From Macrostomum lignano (Eukaryota): a stretch of 38,642 nucleotides of DNA. Positions 1 to 12,700 of this stretch are shown in pieces. The stretch spans positions 1 to 38,642 of the forward strand of contig NIVC01003612.1 of NCBI GenBank assembly GCA_002269645.1, in the 5' to 3' direction. The translations under genes and the position numbers were made by a program. The notes under the pieces are model-generated. The model worked only from the letters and a program-made list of their open reading frames with translations. It was not told the DNA's origin and searched no databases. Every line of letters begins with the position of its first letter. The first letter of the stretch is position 1.

Positions 1-410
1 GTAGTGGTCCAACTCATAACAATTGGTCTGGCTGCTGATATGCTTTGTACATGTTAGCTAATGAATTTAGGGTACAAAAGAACGACGTGCCTAATGACGT
101 ATTGAGTACTATTTGTGCTGGCAAATCAGCTTTTTAACGCTCCTACATCGCTTCTAAGACAGATTTCTAGTCTTTTAAAAAGATAAGCATTGTCATTTTC
201 GGTGCAAAACACACTATTTTATGGCTCTGGTGTGGTAACGGAATTCTCTTAATGAATACACTCTTAGACAACAATTGACCAAGTTAGTTTTGCCAGTGCG
301 AATTCATGCAAACAGTAAAAGTATTCTCGACTAAGTTGATTGCCAGTGCAAATCTGTGGGAATCTATCATATAAATATCTGTAAGGACTCTCAGTACTTG
401 GAAAGCTCAC

Positions 411-708
411 CAAACAGCCAAGTAGCTCAGCACAGATGCATCCTTCGGCATGAGCAGGTCGCCTCGGGTGCCGGCCCACACAAACGAACGACAGACTCTT
501 CGAGCCGAGTCTCTGAGAGCCAGCACGGGGCTCAGGTGCAGGCAGGTGTCACCCATGGGCACGAATCCTGGCGGGCAAGGGTCGGACTGCTTGCCCAAGA
601 AGGTGACCTCGTGCTGCTGCAGAGAGCCATTGTGAAGTGAATTTTCAATTCGATCGGCGCCAGAAGAATCGGGAACTCGAAGTTCGCTTGCAGGGCTCTT
701 GTTTCGAA
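411..708 (-). CDS. Lectin gene exon 24: end of F5/8C domain 5 plus N-terminal half of C-type lectin 2, 1 nt short
   Basis: FETRALQANFEFPILLAPIELK, then after a frameshift HEVTFLGKQSDPCPPGFVPMGDTCLHLS...ARRVC; acceptor cgctttcag, donor TG/GTGAGC. Confidence 0.75.
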
Positions 709-3700
709 CTGAAAGCGCAATTTTTGCAGCTTTACTGTGCTACACGTAGAATTGGCTACACCAGCAAGTTGCATAGTAGCAGAGGTGAAGATCTTACCAT
801 CCATATGTCTCCCTGTACTTGGAGTGTCGCACTTGGCTCTCCATCAACTTCGTAAGTAATGTAGAAGCTTAGGAGAGAGCTGGTAGTTCTGTTTACCGCT
901 ATCCTGCTCAGGTGGTAGAATGAACTAAACGTCACAGACAGAGTGGAGGTCCCCTCTAGCTGAACAATCGCTTCCCTGATAACTTCGGCTGCTAAAAAGT
1001 TGGATATACTTGTAGTCTGTCAAGTAATACAATTCAATCAATATATTCTGATGAATCATTGTGTCAAAAAGATTTTGACTCACCTGGCTCATTAGGATAG
1101 CCAACTAAGTCAATTTTCAGCTGCCTTCTTCCACAGCTGCCTGTCACTTTGACTTGCACCAACTTGGCCAGTATGGACCGTTGAAAATTGACTCTGGCGG
1201 TCTCTACGTAGACTTTTGCCCGTCAAATGACACCTAAATGTTAAGTTTAAGTGGAAGTCTTCTGGCTACGCTTTACAAATGTTGGAGTATTTCTCTGCTA
1301 AAAGATCCCAACGCAATCTTGAGGGGATGCAGAATAGCTCCACTGCAACGCGTCTGGTTATCGCCCTAAAGTGCGTTCAAACTCGTTCTGTGGCTTGTCA
1401 TGCGATTTACGCCCACGGTGGTAAACCTCAAAGAAACAGAGTATGCACACATGTCTGACAATAGACAGTTAGGTCCGTTGTACATTCTGTACGAGCGTGT
1501 ACATGCGCACGAACCCGTGTGCGTGCTCAGAGGTCAGCGGACTGCGCATGACTGCGGGTCGACTGTCGTCTGATTTGCGGCAGTGCCCGCAGCCCTTCTG
1601 CAAACTAACAAATTCAGAACGCACACTTGAGCACTATTTTTACTTCTTATTTTAAGTTTGGATAGAAAGAGGAAAGAAAAGAATGTAAAGTTTACAATGA
1701 AATTGCCTCTTTCAAGGTTCTTTAAAGTGTTTACTTCTCAAACAGCTTCCCCAATTAGTTCGGGGGTTCACTTTCGTTGCCATGGTCCCGATTACTGCGG
1801 CAGTGAATTTCACATCGTCGGACAATATCTGGCAATGTAGCCCATGGCCTTGACTGGCACGAGAAGCCTCAGACCAATTGCCCAGCACCAATCACAAAAT
1901 TTTGTGACCGCACGTGGAATCGAGCCCGTGGACTCTGGCTCGAGAATAGGACGCGTTTCACTCTGCCATCCAGCCACTTAAAATAGCACCACTACCCCAA
2001 GTTTCTTCGTAAAGCGTCGCTAACCCTCCGATCTAGCTCTTCGACGATATGCGACTACCTCCCAATCCTGACTTTATCGCTGGCTCACGAACTCTTAGCA
2101 GCAAAAGCAGCTGGCAGAAATCATTTCAGTTTTCAACCACTCCCGAGCCGCAGACGAAACTGGTATTTTAGCAGCTCTAGTTCGAGGCCTAGGACAAATG
2201 CTATGATTTCTCAACTTTGTTGTTATTATTACTACTGCGCTGTTTTAGTGAACTCCATTTAGCTGATGAACAGCCGGTTTCAGATTGAAAATTGACAACT
2301 GATAGATGAAATATTGATTCCTACCACTTACCGTGGAACCGTCATGCAGATCTGTGAAAGGCACAAGTTTTTCACTGTTTCGATCAGCCGAATAGAACAC
2401 CTGAAAGCTGGTGACCATGCCGTGCAGACTATCGAATCGTCTGTAGCCGCCCCGAATCAGCAAGCCAGTCAGTGCATACGTGTAAGGCAGGTACAGAGAG
2501 AGCCAATCGCTGACAGGGTCAATGAAAGCATGGTGGAAGCTTTCGTCGCCCGGAAAATCCAGCGGCAGCGAGTACATGTCCGCGCAGTAGTTGCACACGC
2601 TGTCGACGTCGGCATGCTGAACACCGGTTGAGGGGAAACGGCTTCCAAAACCGATTGCCACGTCGTATGCTTTGGGGATGTTGGAGTCTGTGACATCTGG
2701 CACGGTGGCGGGGCATTAGAAGAATCACAAAAATGCTTTGTTTCTCATGCGCAGGGTTTTAATTGGACTCTTTATTGCTTCCGGGATGCTGAATACTATT
2801 GAATTTGAGCTCAATAATCTCAATACTAAGAAAAGGTTTCTTTTGAGATCCATCCAAGGTACGCTTGTAGATTAAGGATTCAATGAACGATTTCTTCGCC
2901 TAAATTAAGCATCTTATTGTTATGCGTCTGACCTAGTTCGAAAGACTCGTGATATTTCCGTAAGCAATATCCTGCTTCCAAGAATTGTTACAATTAGAGG
3001 TTACGTTATACGAACTCGTATTTTATTAGTACGCAGTGCGATAAAGGACAAAAATGTTTTAGAGGCTCACTTAGCGGATTTCCGTAGATTTCGAGCTCAG
3101 TAATTTTCAACGTACAGTCTGGAGTGCAGAGACTGGTGTTAGTCTTAGCCAAACCAGCATTCGAGCGACCTTAAATGCAAAAGTTTGATAGGCAAGATTC
3201 CCAGAATTATTTAGTATTAATATTTTAGTAGCAGTGAGACGAATAACGCAAACAGCTCATTCGAGAGTCAGCTCGAGCATATCTTTTCGGTACCACCGTA
3301 AACCCTTGGGGCAGTTTCACTTTGGCTTGTGTCAGATCGTTGATGAATTCTGAACTTCCATAACGAGTATGTCTCTATCTTCTTGGTTCATTAGGTAAAA
3401 TACTTTCTCCTCTGCAGTAAGGTTTTTAAAATTAAAAACTTTATCCGAAATTTCCTGTTTGAATTTATCACTATAAAAGGGAGCACTGTAACAGTTACAA
3501 GTTACACTTAAACAAGAAGTGAACTTCACTTTCTATTCCCATATGGCACTTTGGACAGGTCTTGTTCTCTTAGTCTTTGATCTCGCAGTCCTCATTATTT
3601 CGCTACTCGTCAATGTTGACAGTTTCACATGATTTCGCTACTCGTCAATGTTGACAGTTTCACATGATTTCGCTACTCGTCAATGTTGACAGTTTCACAT

Positions 3701-6700
3701 GATTTCGCTACTCGTCAATGTTGACAGTTTCACATGATTTCGCTACTCGTCAATTTTGACAGTTTCAAATGATTTCGCTACTCGTCAATGTTGACAGTTT
3801 CAAATGATTTCGCTACTCGTCAATTTTGGCAGTTTCACATGATTTCGCTACTCGTCAATGTTAACAGTTTCACATGATTTCGCTACTCGTCAATGTTGAC
3901 AGTTTCACATGATTTCGCTACTCGTCAATTTGACAGTTTTACATGATTTCGCTACTCGTCAATGTTGACAGTTTCACATGATTTCGCTACTCGTCAATGT
4001 TGACAGTTTCAAATGATTTCGCTACTCGTCAATTTTGACAGTTTCACATTTTTAGCTGTGATGCCAACTTTACTGTAAACTGGTTTCCCAACTGGTCTCG
4101 AGATGATGGAGTCTGGGCGATTTGCTAGTGTGGTCCGGTACTGAGTAATTCTCTTTGGATATTACATGATAAAGACAGTCTGTCTAGCTCTGAGCGGGCT
4201 CCACTACTGCCAGTATTTTCGCTAACTTGTAGAATTTTCCTGCAAGCTCTGAACTGATCCTGAGTTTCGAATGAGTAGATTTTCGGAAGACAAGCGCGCT
4301 CTTTTACACTGCCATCTAGCAAGTCATCGAATTATCCGACTGATGTAAAATGGGAGGAAAAATTATGCACAAGCCGTGGGATCGTAAAAAATTGTCTTCA
4401 CGATCCTGTCAAGTGACGAGTCGTAAATACTGCATAGTGTGGTCCGAGAACAAATTATTAGAACTGAATAAAATGCGACTGGAGGGCACAGGGGCGTCGC
4501 CATGGATTTTATGGTGGGGGGACAAAGCCTAGAATTCTACATGACTAAATTTCTACATTACTTTGGGATTTTGTTGTTTGCCACGATCACTTTGGCGCCG
4601 CATGCATTCATGGCGCTGTATTTTGTCACCCGAAGCAAAACTATTGATCTCCATAACGTTCTCCAGGACTCCAGGTGGGGAGGGAGGACAATGTCCACCC
4701 ATAGTTTTTACTGGGGGCGGGGCATGTCACCCTGACGCTGTCCCTCCCGGTGGCGACGCTCCTAAGTGGGCAGAAATATAGCAGGTTGATGAGGCAGTCG
4801 TACTCAGTTACTTTGTAAAACATCCTGATTTAACTGCATACTGCATCGCATAATTGTTTGTTCAGTCCGCTATGCAGCTAAAAGAGCCCCTCACCATGCC
4901 AACGTTAACCCGCCACGGCTGCTTCAGTACGGCATAAAAGTTCCGCGCGACGAAAATTGAATCGGCTTCCGAATAGGCCGACTTGTTGGTAGCGAATGTG
5001 GCTAAGTAGACATTTTTCTCTTTTGAGGCCAAGTCTGAAACAAAGAAGACAAATAGATTTAGGATGAAATTTGCACAAGAGATTTCCAGAATGGGTCCGT
5101 TATTCGTTCGTTATTCGTAATTATAATTTGGCCAGATGTGCAACCGACAGCTCAGCCGCAGCTATTGCGTGGCGCATCTGAAGGATGTGTACGGCTGTTC
5201 AGTCCAAGGACTAGGGGGTCGCCACACACCCTCAATTACCCCAGCTGATGCTGGCACCCATTTTACAGCTGGGTGAACTGAAGCAATGCAGAGTTAAGTG
5301 TCTTGCTCAAGGAGACGAATTTTTCCAGTGGGATCGGGAATCGAACCCCGACCTTCAAGTCGTGAGTCCGACGCTCTGACCACTGGGCTACAACTCCAAT
5401 TGTAGGATAAGCAATGCTTACTGTAGTGGTGCAAGTTGTAGCCGAATACCAGAGCAAATTCGATGTATCTCAGCGACACAAAGTCAACAGCAATCCAAGG
5501 TCCTGCGCTTTCGACATTCCAAGTTGATGCGAAAGGTTTTCTACTTGCGTCAGTGATATACTTGGCGGAGGAAATGTCGCTGCTGACCAGAGGTAAATAG
5601 CGGGACATGAGCACAGGTGGCGGATTGTAGGCTGTTCGATCTGAAGAAGCAAAAATTTGACTGCGCACTTTTTGAGTAACTTTTAATATTTATATTTAGT
5701 TATAGTTGTAGATAGCTCATACTTGACAGACAGCCGTACAGCATCCAGCGCGACTCCCACCGGTAGTAAAAGGAAACCCTGTACATGCGAAACATTTTGC
5801 CAGTCAGTTCCGGGAACAAGCCATGCAGAGAGGTGTACGAGTCTGTGCGGAGTTTTCTGGCCGCGATGATTTTCTGCGGGTGATTAATCAAGCATGTTAT
5901 TACAGAACTGTTGACCAACAATTTTTATCATTGGTAAACCCACGAAAAAAAGTATTAAAAAAGAATGACACCAAATTGAGCATCTAGCATTAGTATTTCT
6001 TACCAAAGGGTACGGAACAAAAGACTCGCCATCAGTTGAGTGAGACAATATTAAATATCTCGGGTATTGTAAATTGCCCAGCGCTCTGTCAGTTCCGCTC
6101 TGAGTTGCCAGCACAAAGGCTGTGACCGAATTCAAAAATGACACCTACGTATAAATTTCGTTTCGATATAACAAATTAATTAGAAAAGACAGCTTTACGG
6201 GGAATGAAAACAATTAATTCTGCATTTAGAAAAGAGCATCTTGCCTGAATGTATTGGTCATATGAAGCACACCCAGAAGGAAAGTTCAGTGAAACCATTG
6301 GAGACCAAATTCCAATTTGTCTGTCATCTACAATTTTTAAACAATGAATGCAGCATCTTCATCATCAAGTTCATATCAGTGTAGTACAAATCTCAATAAC
6401 TTACTGGGCATGTCAAACATTACGTGAGCCCTCGTGCTGTCTGATCCATCTCCCAGAGTGGTGTAGCCTACTGTTTGGATCTGCAGCCCGTTAGTTGGGC
6501 TGGGAACTGTCAGGTTGGCGAGTAGAACTCCACCAATGCTGACATCGACTCCCAGCTGCGTCCAGACCAGCTGCAGGCTTTGATAGTCGTCGGTGGTGGC
6601 AGCGACTGAGCCGCTGGCGCCCGTCAGAATCATGGAGGCCAGCGTGCTCGGGCTGGATGAGTCTCCAGTGCGAACCGCAGCCTCGCTGAGGAATGCGGCG

Positions 6701-9700
6701 GTGCCGTTGCCGCCGATTGAGATCTCCCAGCGAGGCTGCGAGTGGATGGGATGTTTTCATACCGTTGAAGCACATGCGACAGATTTAAAATCAGAAATTT
6801 CATGACCTAAACTAATTGAACTAGCGATATATAACTGTATGAATAAGTTCGATTTAAGAATATTATTACTTCGTACCTGCTTTCAATTTACGCTTCTGGG
6901 TAATAAAACTAACTAAAGTGCCAGCTTATGGTAAGGATACTAAAATATTGTTTCGCTGAAAAAAGGGCGATAGCGGAAGCCAATAGGGGTCTCCTATTTA
7001 CCTGCATATGCTGTCTACTGATTATGGGTTTGTAATTGTAGATTTGCGCAAGGACAACTTAATCCCTAAGGACGGTAAACTCGAAAATCATGGCGAAAAA
7101 AAAGTTAGAGGCTCGTTTAAAAGCATTGTTCTATGGCTAAGCCTTATAGAATCTGTAAGTATATAATACACTTTTTATTAAATTGCGCTGTGATTGCTTT
7201 AACAATTAAAACATTAGTAAAAATTAAGAAAACAAAGCAAATATCAGAAACTTGACCAACAGTATAGGAAAGAGCCACGTTTTGTATATACATTTGCACA
7301 GTGCATAGTGAATATGCCCCCCCACACCCCTGGCATTAGTAAGGCTTTCAGTCAAAAGGGCTCTTTGGGCCGTATGCAGAAAGCTCTGTCTAGGGTAGTC
7401 CGGTCTTGAAAAGCTAGTCTGGACTTGGATTTGGTATGCAGAAACGCAAAGTTAGACCGGTCTACTGTAGACAGAACTAGGGTAGCTAGACCATAGACTA
7501 TAGACTGAACTACCCAAGTCCGGACTAGCTAGTCTGGACTAAGCTTTCTGCATCCGGCCGATTATATGAGGCGTGGCCATAGAACATTCTTTCAAACGAG
7601 CCTCTAATTTTTTTTCGCCATGATTTTCGAGTTTACCGTCCTGAGTGATTAAGTTGTCGATGGATTTGCTTTACTAACATCATGATTTCACCATGGACTT
7701 ACAGAGTTGAGGACATCGGCATGCTCGTACCGATTGGTCAGCCACAGCTTCAGTCCGGAATTCCTTAAGCGGGCAAACATTTTCAGCGTGTTGTTTCGCT
7801 GTATAGAATCGGAGCTCATTATTTTGGCTGGCACTCGACGAATCAGATACGGATATGTCCCGGTTTCTTCAAAATTTTCTGCAGGTTACAGATATTAAAG
7901 ATCGTTAAGGCTTCCGTTCCCTCTTATGTATTTGAGTACTTGCTGAATATTACTTTAGTATACATTTAGCCGACTAACCTTCCTCCGCATGCAGTTGCAG
8001 GGTAGTGATGGAAAGCTTTCCTATCGCCAAACCCTGCAGAAAGGCCACGTAGCGACCAGCAATGGGCCTCTCGCACCAGAACTTCAGCGGTGATGAAGCT
8101 TGCTCCGGCAGGTTGTAGATGTAGCAGAGGGGCCAGGCCTCGAATGCGAGCTCGCCGAGGCTGGAGTTCCAATCTCTGCTGACTTTCACAGTGAAGTTGT
8201 TCAGTGCTGAAACCAGTGAAATTATAGGCCATATGAATAAAATGAGCAACTGCTCCAACTCAAGCATTGACTCGGGCCTGTATGAATAAACTGAGAAATT
8301 GCTCATGAGCATATGCTCATGAGATTTTTCTCAAGAGAATTTGCTATGATTTCAGAGCAAATACTCTGAGATTGAGCAATTACTCAGGTCAATAAGAATA
8401 AAACTACTACCATAGACTAAATTTGTCGAGGACGACGGGTAGCGAGAGACAACTTTTACGAACAACCCGTCTTCGGCGTCATTTCCGTCCATCGTGGCCC
8501 AAAGAAGTCGTACGACTGGAAGTCTCCGTAAGGAACGAAAATGCTAGATGTTTGCTTCTGAACTTAAGCTTAGCGCATGTAAACTCTCAAAAGTGAGAAG
8601 CGAGAGAAAAAGCAGTTGTAAGTAAGAAGCCCTACGAAGCCGTAAAAAGCCGTACTAACGGCAAAAAGCCGTATGAACGATTTTTGTCTGTGGCCAAAAG
8701 CATTCTGATCATTTACTCAAGCTACGGAGAATATTCTCAGAGTTTGAGTTTATTCTTTATTCATACCCCCGATGAGCACTTGCTCAGACTCAGAGAATAT
8801 TCTCACGATTGAGCAATTGCTCCGACTCTGAGTTTGAGAATTTTCTCCTGAGCAATTACTCTTTTTATATTTATACGGGCTTATATTTCGCTCGTAATGC
8901 TATTTGAATATCAAATTAAAGCTTCCTATGGTGCCTTGTCACAGAGTTTTTAAAACTTTTTTAATTGATTACACCTACCCTAATGGGCAGATGTGCAACC
9001 GGCAGCTCAGCCGCAGCTATTGCGCGGCGCATCTGAAGGCTGTGTACGGCTGTTCAGTCCAAGGACTGAGGGGTCGCTTCAGTCGACCCTCAATTACCCC
9101 AGCTAATGGTGGCACCCATTTTACAGCTGGGTGAACTGAAGCAATGTAGAGTTAAGTGTCTTGATCAAGGACACAAAGTGTTCCAATGGGATCGGAAATC
9201 GCACCCTCGACCTTTAAGTCGTTTGTCCGCCGCTCTAACCACTAGGCTACAGCTCTACAAGGCAAGCATATTAAAAGAAAATTAAGAGCTACACCAGTAG
9301 CGCTCACATAGAGTGAAGTAAATTTCCCCAGACAGAATCTGGTGACTAGACTTCAGATCCGCAATGAGCCTCCAATAGTGAATAGGATTGTCAACGCCGA
9401 CAGAGCCTGTGTTCAGCGTAACCTTTTCCAAGCTGAATGTGGGGCTGGGTATGCGGACATCGTTGTAGTAAAACACCTTCTGTGACGTGATGGAGAACTC
9501 CGCAGTTCCATATAAGTCCGAAAGTGGCTTAAAGTTGGGAACTGCAATTGTTGACGAGTGACTATATTAATTATTTTTATGCATGGCCATGATATATTAT
9601 AGGATATTGAATATCACTGACCACACAGCAGACTGTCGACATCCGGCTGGCAATACTCCGTTGTTCCCGAGCCTTGAGCCTGGCATTTCGTCGCATAATT

Positions 9701-12700
9701 AGGGGTAACTGAAATAGCAGCAGGCATTCTATCACGAGTAAGAAAAAGTAGGAGTGTATAAAAAATTGAGCGATTTGTTAATTCATGACAATTGGCCCAC
9801 CTGTGATGCAGGAGCGATTGTACGCAGCGTAGGTTCCAGTCCAGGCCTGACAGGCTCGACCGGACTGGGTCATCGTTACTCCGTAGTCGTAAAACTCGTA
9901 ATCATCACCGGTGACGGTGCACTTCAGGTGATCTTGAATGTAACAGGTTGCTTACAACTAATTCAATGCAGTAACGAACCAATCCGGTATCGATCGTATA
10001 TTTGCAATTAGGAAAAAGAGGGCATACAAGAGATTTTTAGCTGATTCGAAGCGATTCCATCGGTTAGTTATCTCCTTTAGGTTCGGGTAATTTCCAACTT
10101 CGGGTTAGAAACAGTAATGTGTGCTAATGTGTACATCCTAGCACACATTTGGATGGATTCTGGGACTGACGGAGTTTGATTTCTTGAGGTCATAGACTAT
10201 TTGGCTTGAACAGTTACTAGATTTGCCAAAGTTATTGTAGTCTCTGTGCTCTTGTCGGTCAGTCAGGGCATGCTTCACTTAGCTTAGGGTCTGGCTGGAT
10301 GGGGAGTTGGCATGCATGGCTGCTGGGCTTTGATGTGCCCCTCGGCCGTGCACCCTGCCTCGTTCTCTGCTCTGGTTGGCTGCGACAGGCCCTGTTGTGA
10401 CACGTAGGCTGCGCCCTGCCCCGTGCTGGGTTTTGATTGGCTCTTTGCGCTGTTTTGTGTGGCTTAGCCGGTGGGGCCGCCTGCACCCCCTAAGACAGGG
10501 TAAGACAGGGGACATATTTTTTTCGAAAGTAATGTATCCCAACCCATGTTGCAGGTATCCTAGAAAACACCTTGTTTTAAAAGTTTAAAATTTCTAACTA
10601 GGGAAAGTGACTCTATAAGGTTGTAAAGATCAGTTTGTTCTTAGCAAAAATCTGCATGAAAGTTGCTTGAACGACGTACGCTCGTATTTGAATTTTAAGG
10701 ACAATGATTCTTTATGGAAAAGCATAGTACAAAAAAATCTCTAACCTTCATAGGCAAGGGTAGCGCCCACCACAGAATAGTTGGCGTGCCTCCGATAGTT
10801 GCTGCTGGACGCATCGAACCGGACCTCAAGCTGGCTGTCCTTCTGGTTAAACAGCGGCAGGGCGCAACCTGAATTGTTAAATAGTTTGGCTCGCAAGAAA
10901 CACCGGTGCATACGAGTATCTAGAGAAATGTTGAAACGTATACACGTCGTAATACCCTAATTTTGTACCTTTCCGGATTGGGAACACGTAGTAGGTAGTG
11001 AAGTAGACGTCCAACAGCGACTCGCAGCTACCAGTGGAAGTCGTGGTCGAGTAGGCCGCTGAATTCTTGGTAGTGGTTTCAATCTGGTCAGTGACTAAAC
11101 TGTCCAGTGTGAGCAGCCTTAGCAGATTGCTGTAGCCAGTTAGGGCGATTGCGTCATCCTCTACCCCGACTCCACAAATGTGGCGCTTGGCCATAAGTAC
11201 TTCATGCGTATCGGTCACGTGATCTGAAAGCCCGTTAATTTGTTATGGTGTAACACGATATCTTTACACTTTTTATTTGCTGTTAAGAGGATGTGTTTCA
11301 GATATGAAGTGTCGGAGATATGAAGTGTCGGAGATATGAAGTGTCGGAGATATGAAGTTTCGGAGATATGAGGTGTCGGAGATATGAAGTGTCGGAGATA
11401 TGAAGTGTCGGAGATATGAAGTGTCGGAGATATGAAGTGTCGGAGATATGAAGTGTCGGAGATATGAAGTGTGGGAGATATGAAGTGTCGAAGATATGAA
11501 GTGTCGGAGATACGAAGTGTCGGAGATATGAAGTGTTGGATATATGAGTGTCGGAGTTTTGAAAGAAGCTTAAAGTAAAGCACTGAAGTTTGATGCGAGA
11601 TAACGATAGTACGGAATTCGCTCCTTTTCTTGGTTCATCAAAAAACCGAGCTGCATTACCCTGGGCCTCACTAACACATACCCATGTACATATCAAGCTG
11701 GCAGATGAAGTGCAGCTTTGATGTGCAGGGCACGGTGACAACTGCAGCTTTGCTGCTGTCCAAGGCGGCGCAGTCGGGCGGCGGCCTGGCCATGTAGTAG
11801 GTGCCCGCCTCCGGCTGTGTGCCGTCACTCCAGAGCCACTTGTTTGTCGTTGAATTGCGCCGAAGTCCGACGTGGTATGTGCCGAATGAGGACTCAATGG
11901 TAGCGCTTTTATAGTGAAGAAGGAAAAATTGTGCGAAGCTTTTTTACTAATGATCTTAAGCCGATTTTGAAGGAGTGATGTTGCAGTACGAATGCCAACT
12001 ACGCCCTAACAATATAACATGTTTGCTTTTTCCGTCTTGCTGCAGAATGACTCTCAAGACCCTTGTAGGCCAAGCTTTTGTACTTGGCTCTCTCACCAAT
12101 CTGTAAAGTGTTAGTCGTGTGAGCAATCAAAATTTGGACTTATTTGATGGCGATGCGAATAAGCTTTTAGCTACCAAAAGTCGAGAACTGTGATCCGTGA
12201 ATGCATTTCTATTAAGGCACTGTGAAACAATGCCAAGACACCAAGCGTTTGAACAGCACCAAAGTTTATAAACGAGCGTAAACCTAAACCAGTGATTTGG
12301 TTATTATATACTTTGGGCAGCATCTCAGTCAAGGTACGTCCTGCGTTTGCAAACGGAAGTTTGCGTTTGGATCATTTCTGACGACACCGGAGTACTTGCA
12401 CAAGCTAGCGGTGTGTATAGAGGCCAAGATTTTAAATCTTTTGATATTTAATAAGCCTTATTTTCTTGAATGTTGGGTGTCTGGGCCTTTGGATTTTGCT
12501 AGCTGGTGGATGCGTGAATATGGATATTTGTAGGCCTTCTAACAGTATTCTCCAAGTAGAATAAATGCACCTGATGCACGAAATCCGTTCAGATATAGCG
12601 TCCGGAGTTCTTGTAAACAACATTAATACGAGCTAGTTATAAACCTGTATTTTTAATTTTAAATAGCAGAGATCAGCTGGTGAAGCTTCACCCGTTTGCT

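Noticed and set aside
1735-1828. Extra lectin exon (ILSDDVKF...GSCLR) that would avoid the exon 22 frameshift
   Set aside because: Weak donor; it forces a poor downstream acceptor and inserts 31 aa into a domain whose paralogous exons (3 and 17) show a simple phase 0-1 structure
2797-2899. Possible exon AKKSFIESLIY...
   Set aside because: Only weak donors, and not needed once exon 3071-3169 is used
3597-4049. CRISPR-like appearance (35-bp repeats with an internal hairpin)
   Set aside because: Units are directly adjacent with no unique spacers, there are no cas genes, and the context is eukaryotic
4125-4322. 65-aa minus-strand ORF as an exon
   Set aside because: No recognisable motif and no convincing phase-compatible splice pair
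5325-5396. Functional tRNA gene
   Set aside because: Anticodon and acceptor stems pair poorly, and it is fused to a SINE body repeated at 8986-9255
11215-11897. 122-aa and 199-aa minus-strand ORFs
   Set aside because: Mostly 16-bp minisatellite; the real C-type lectin exon at 11682-11905 is in a different frame
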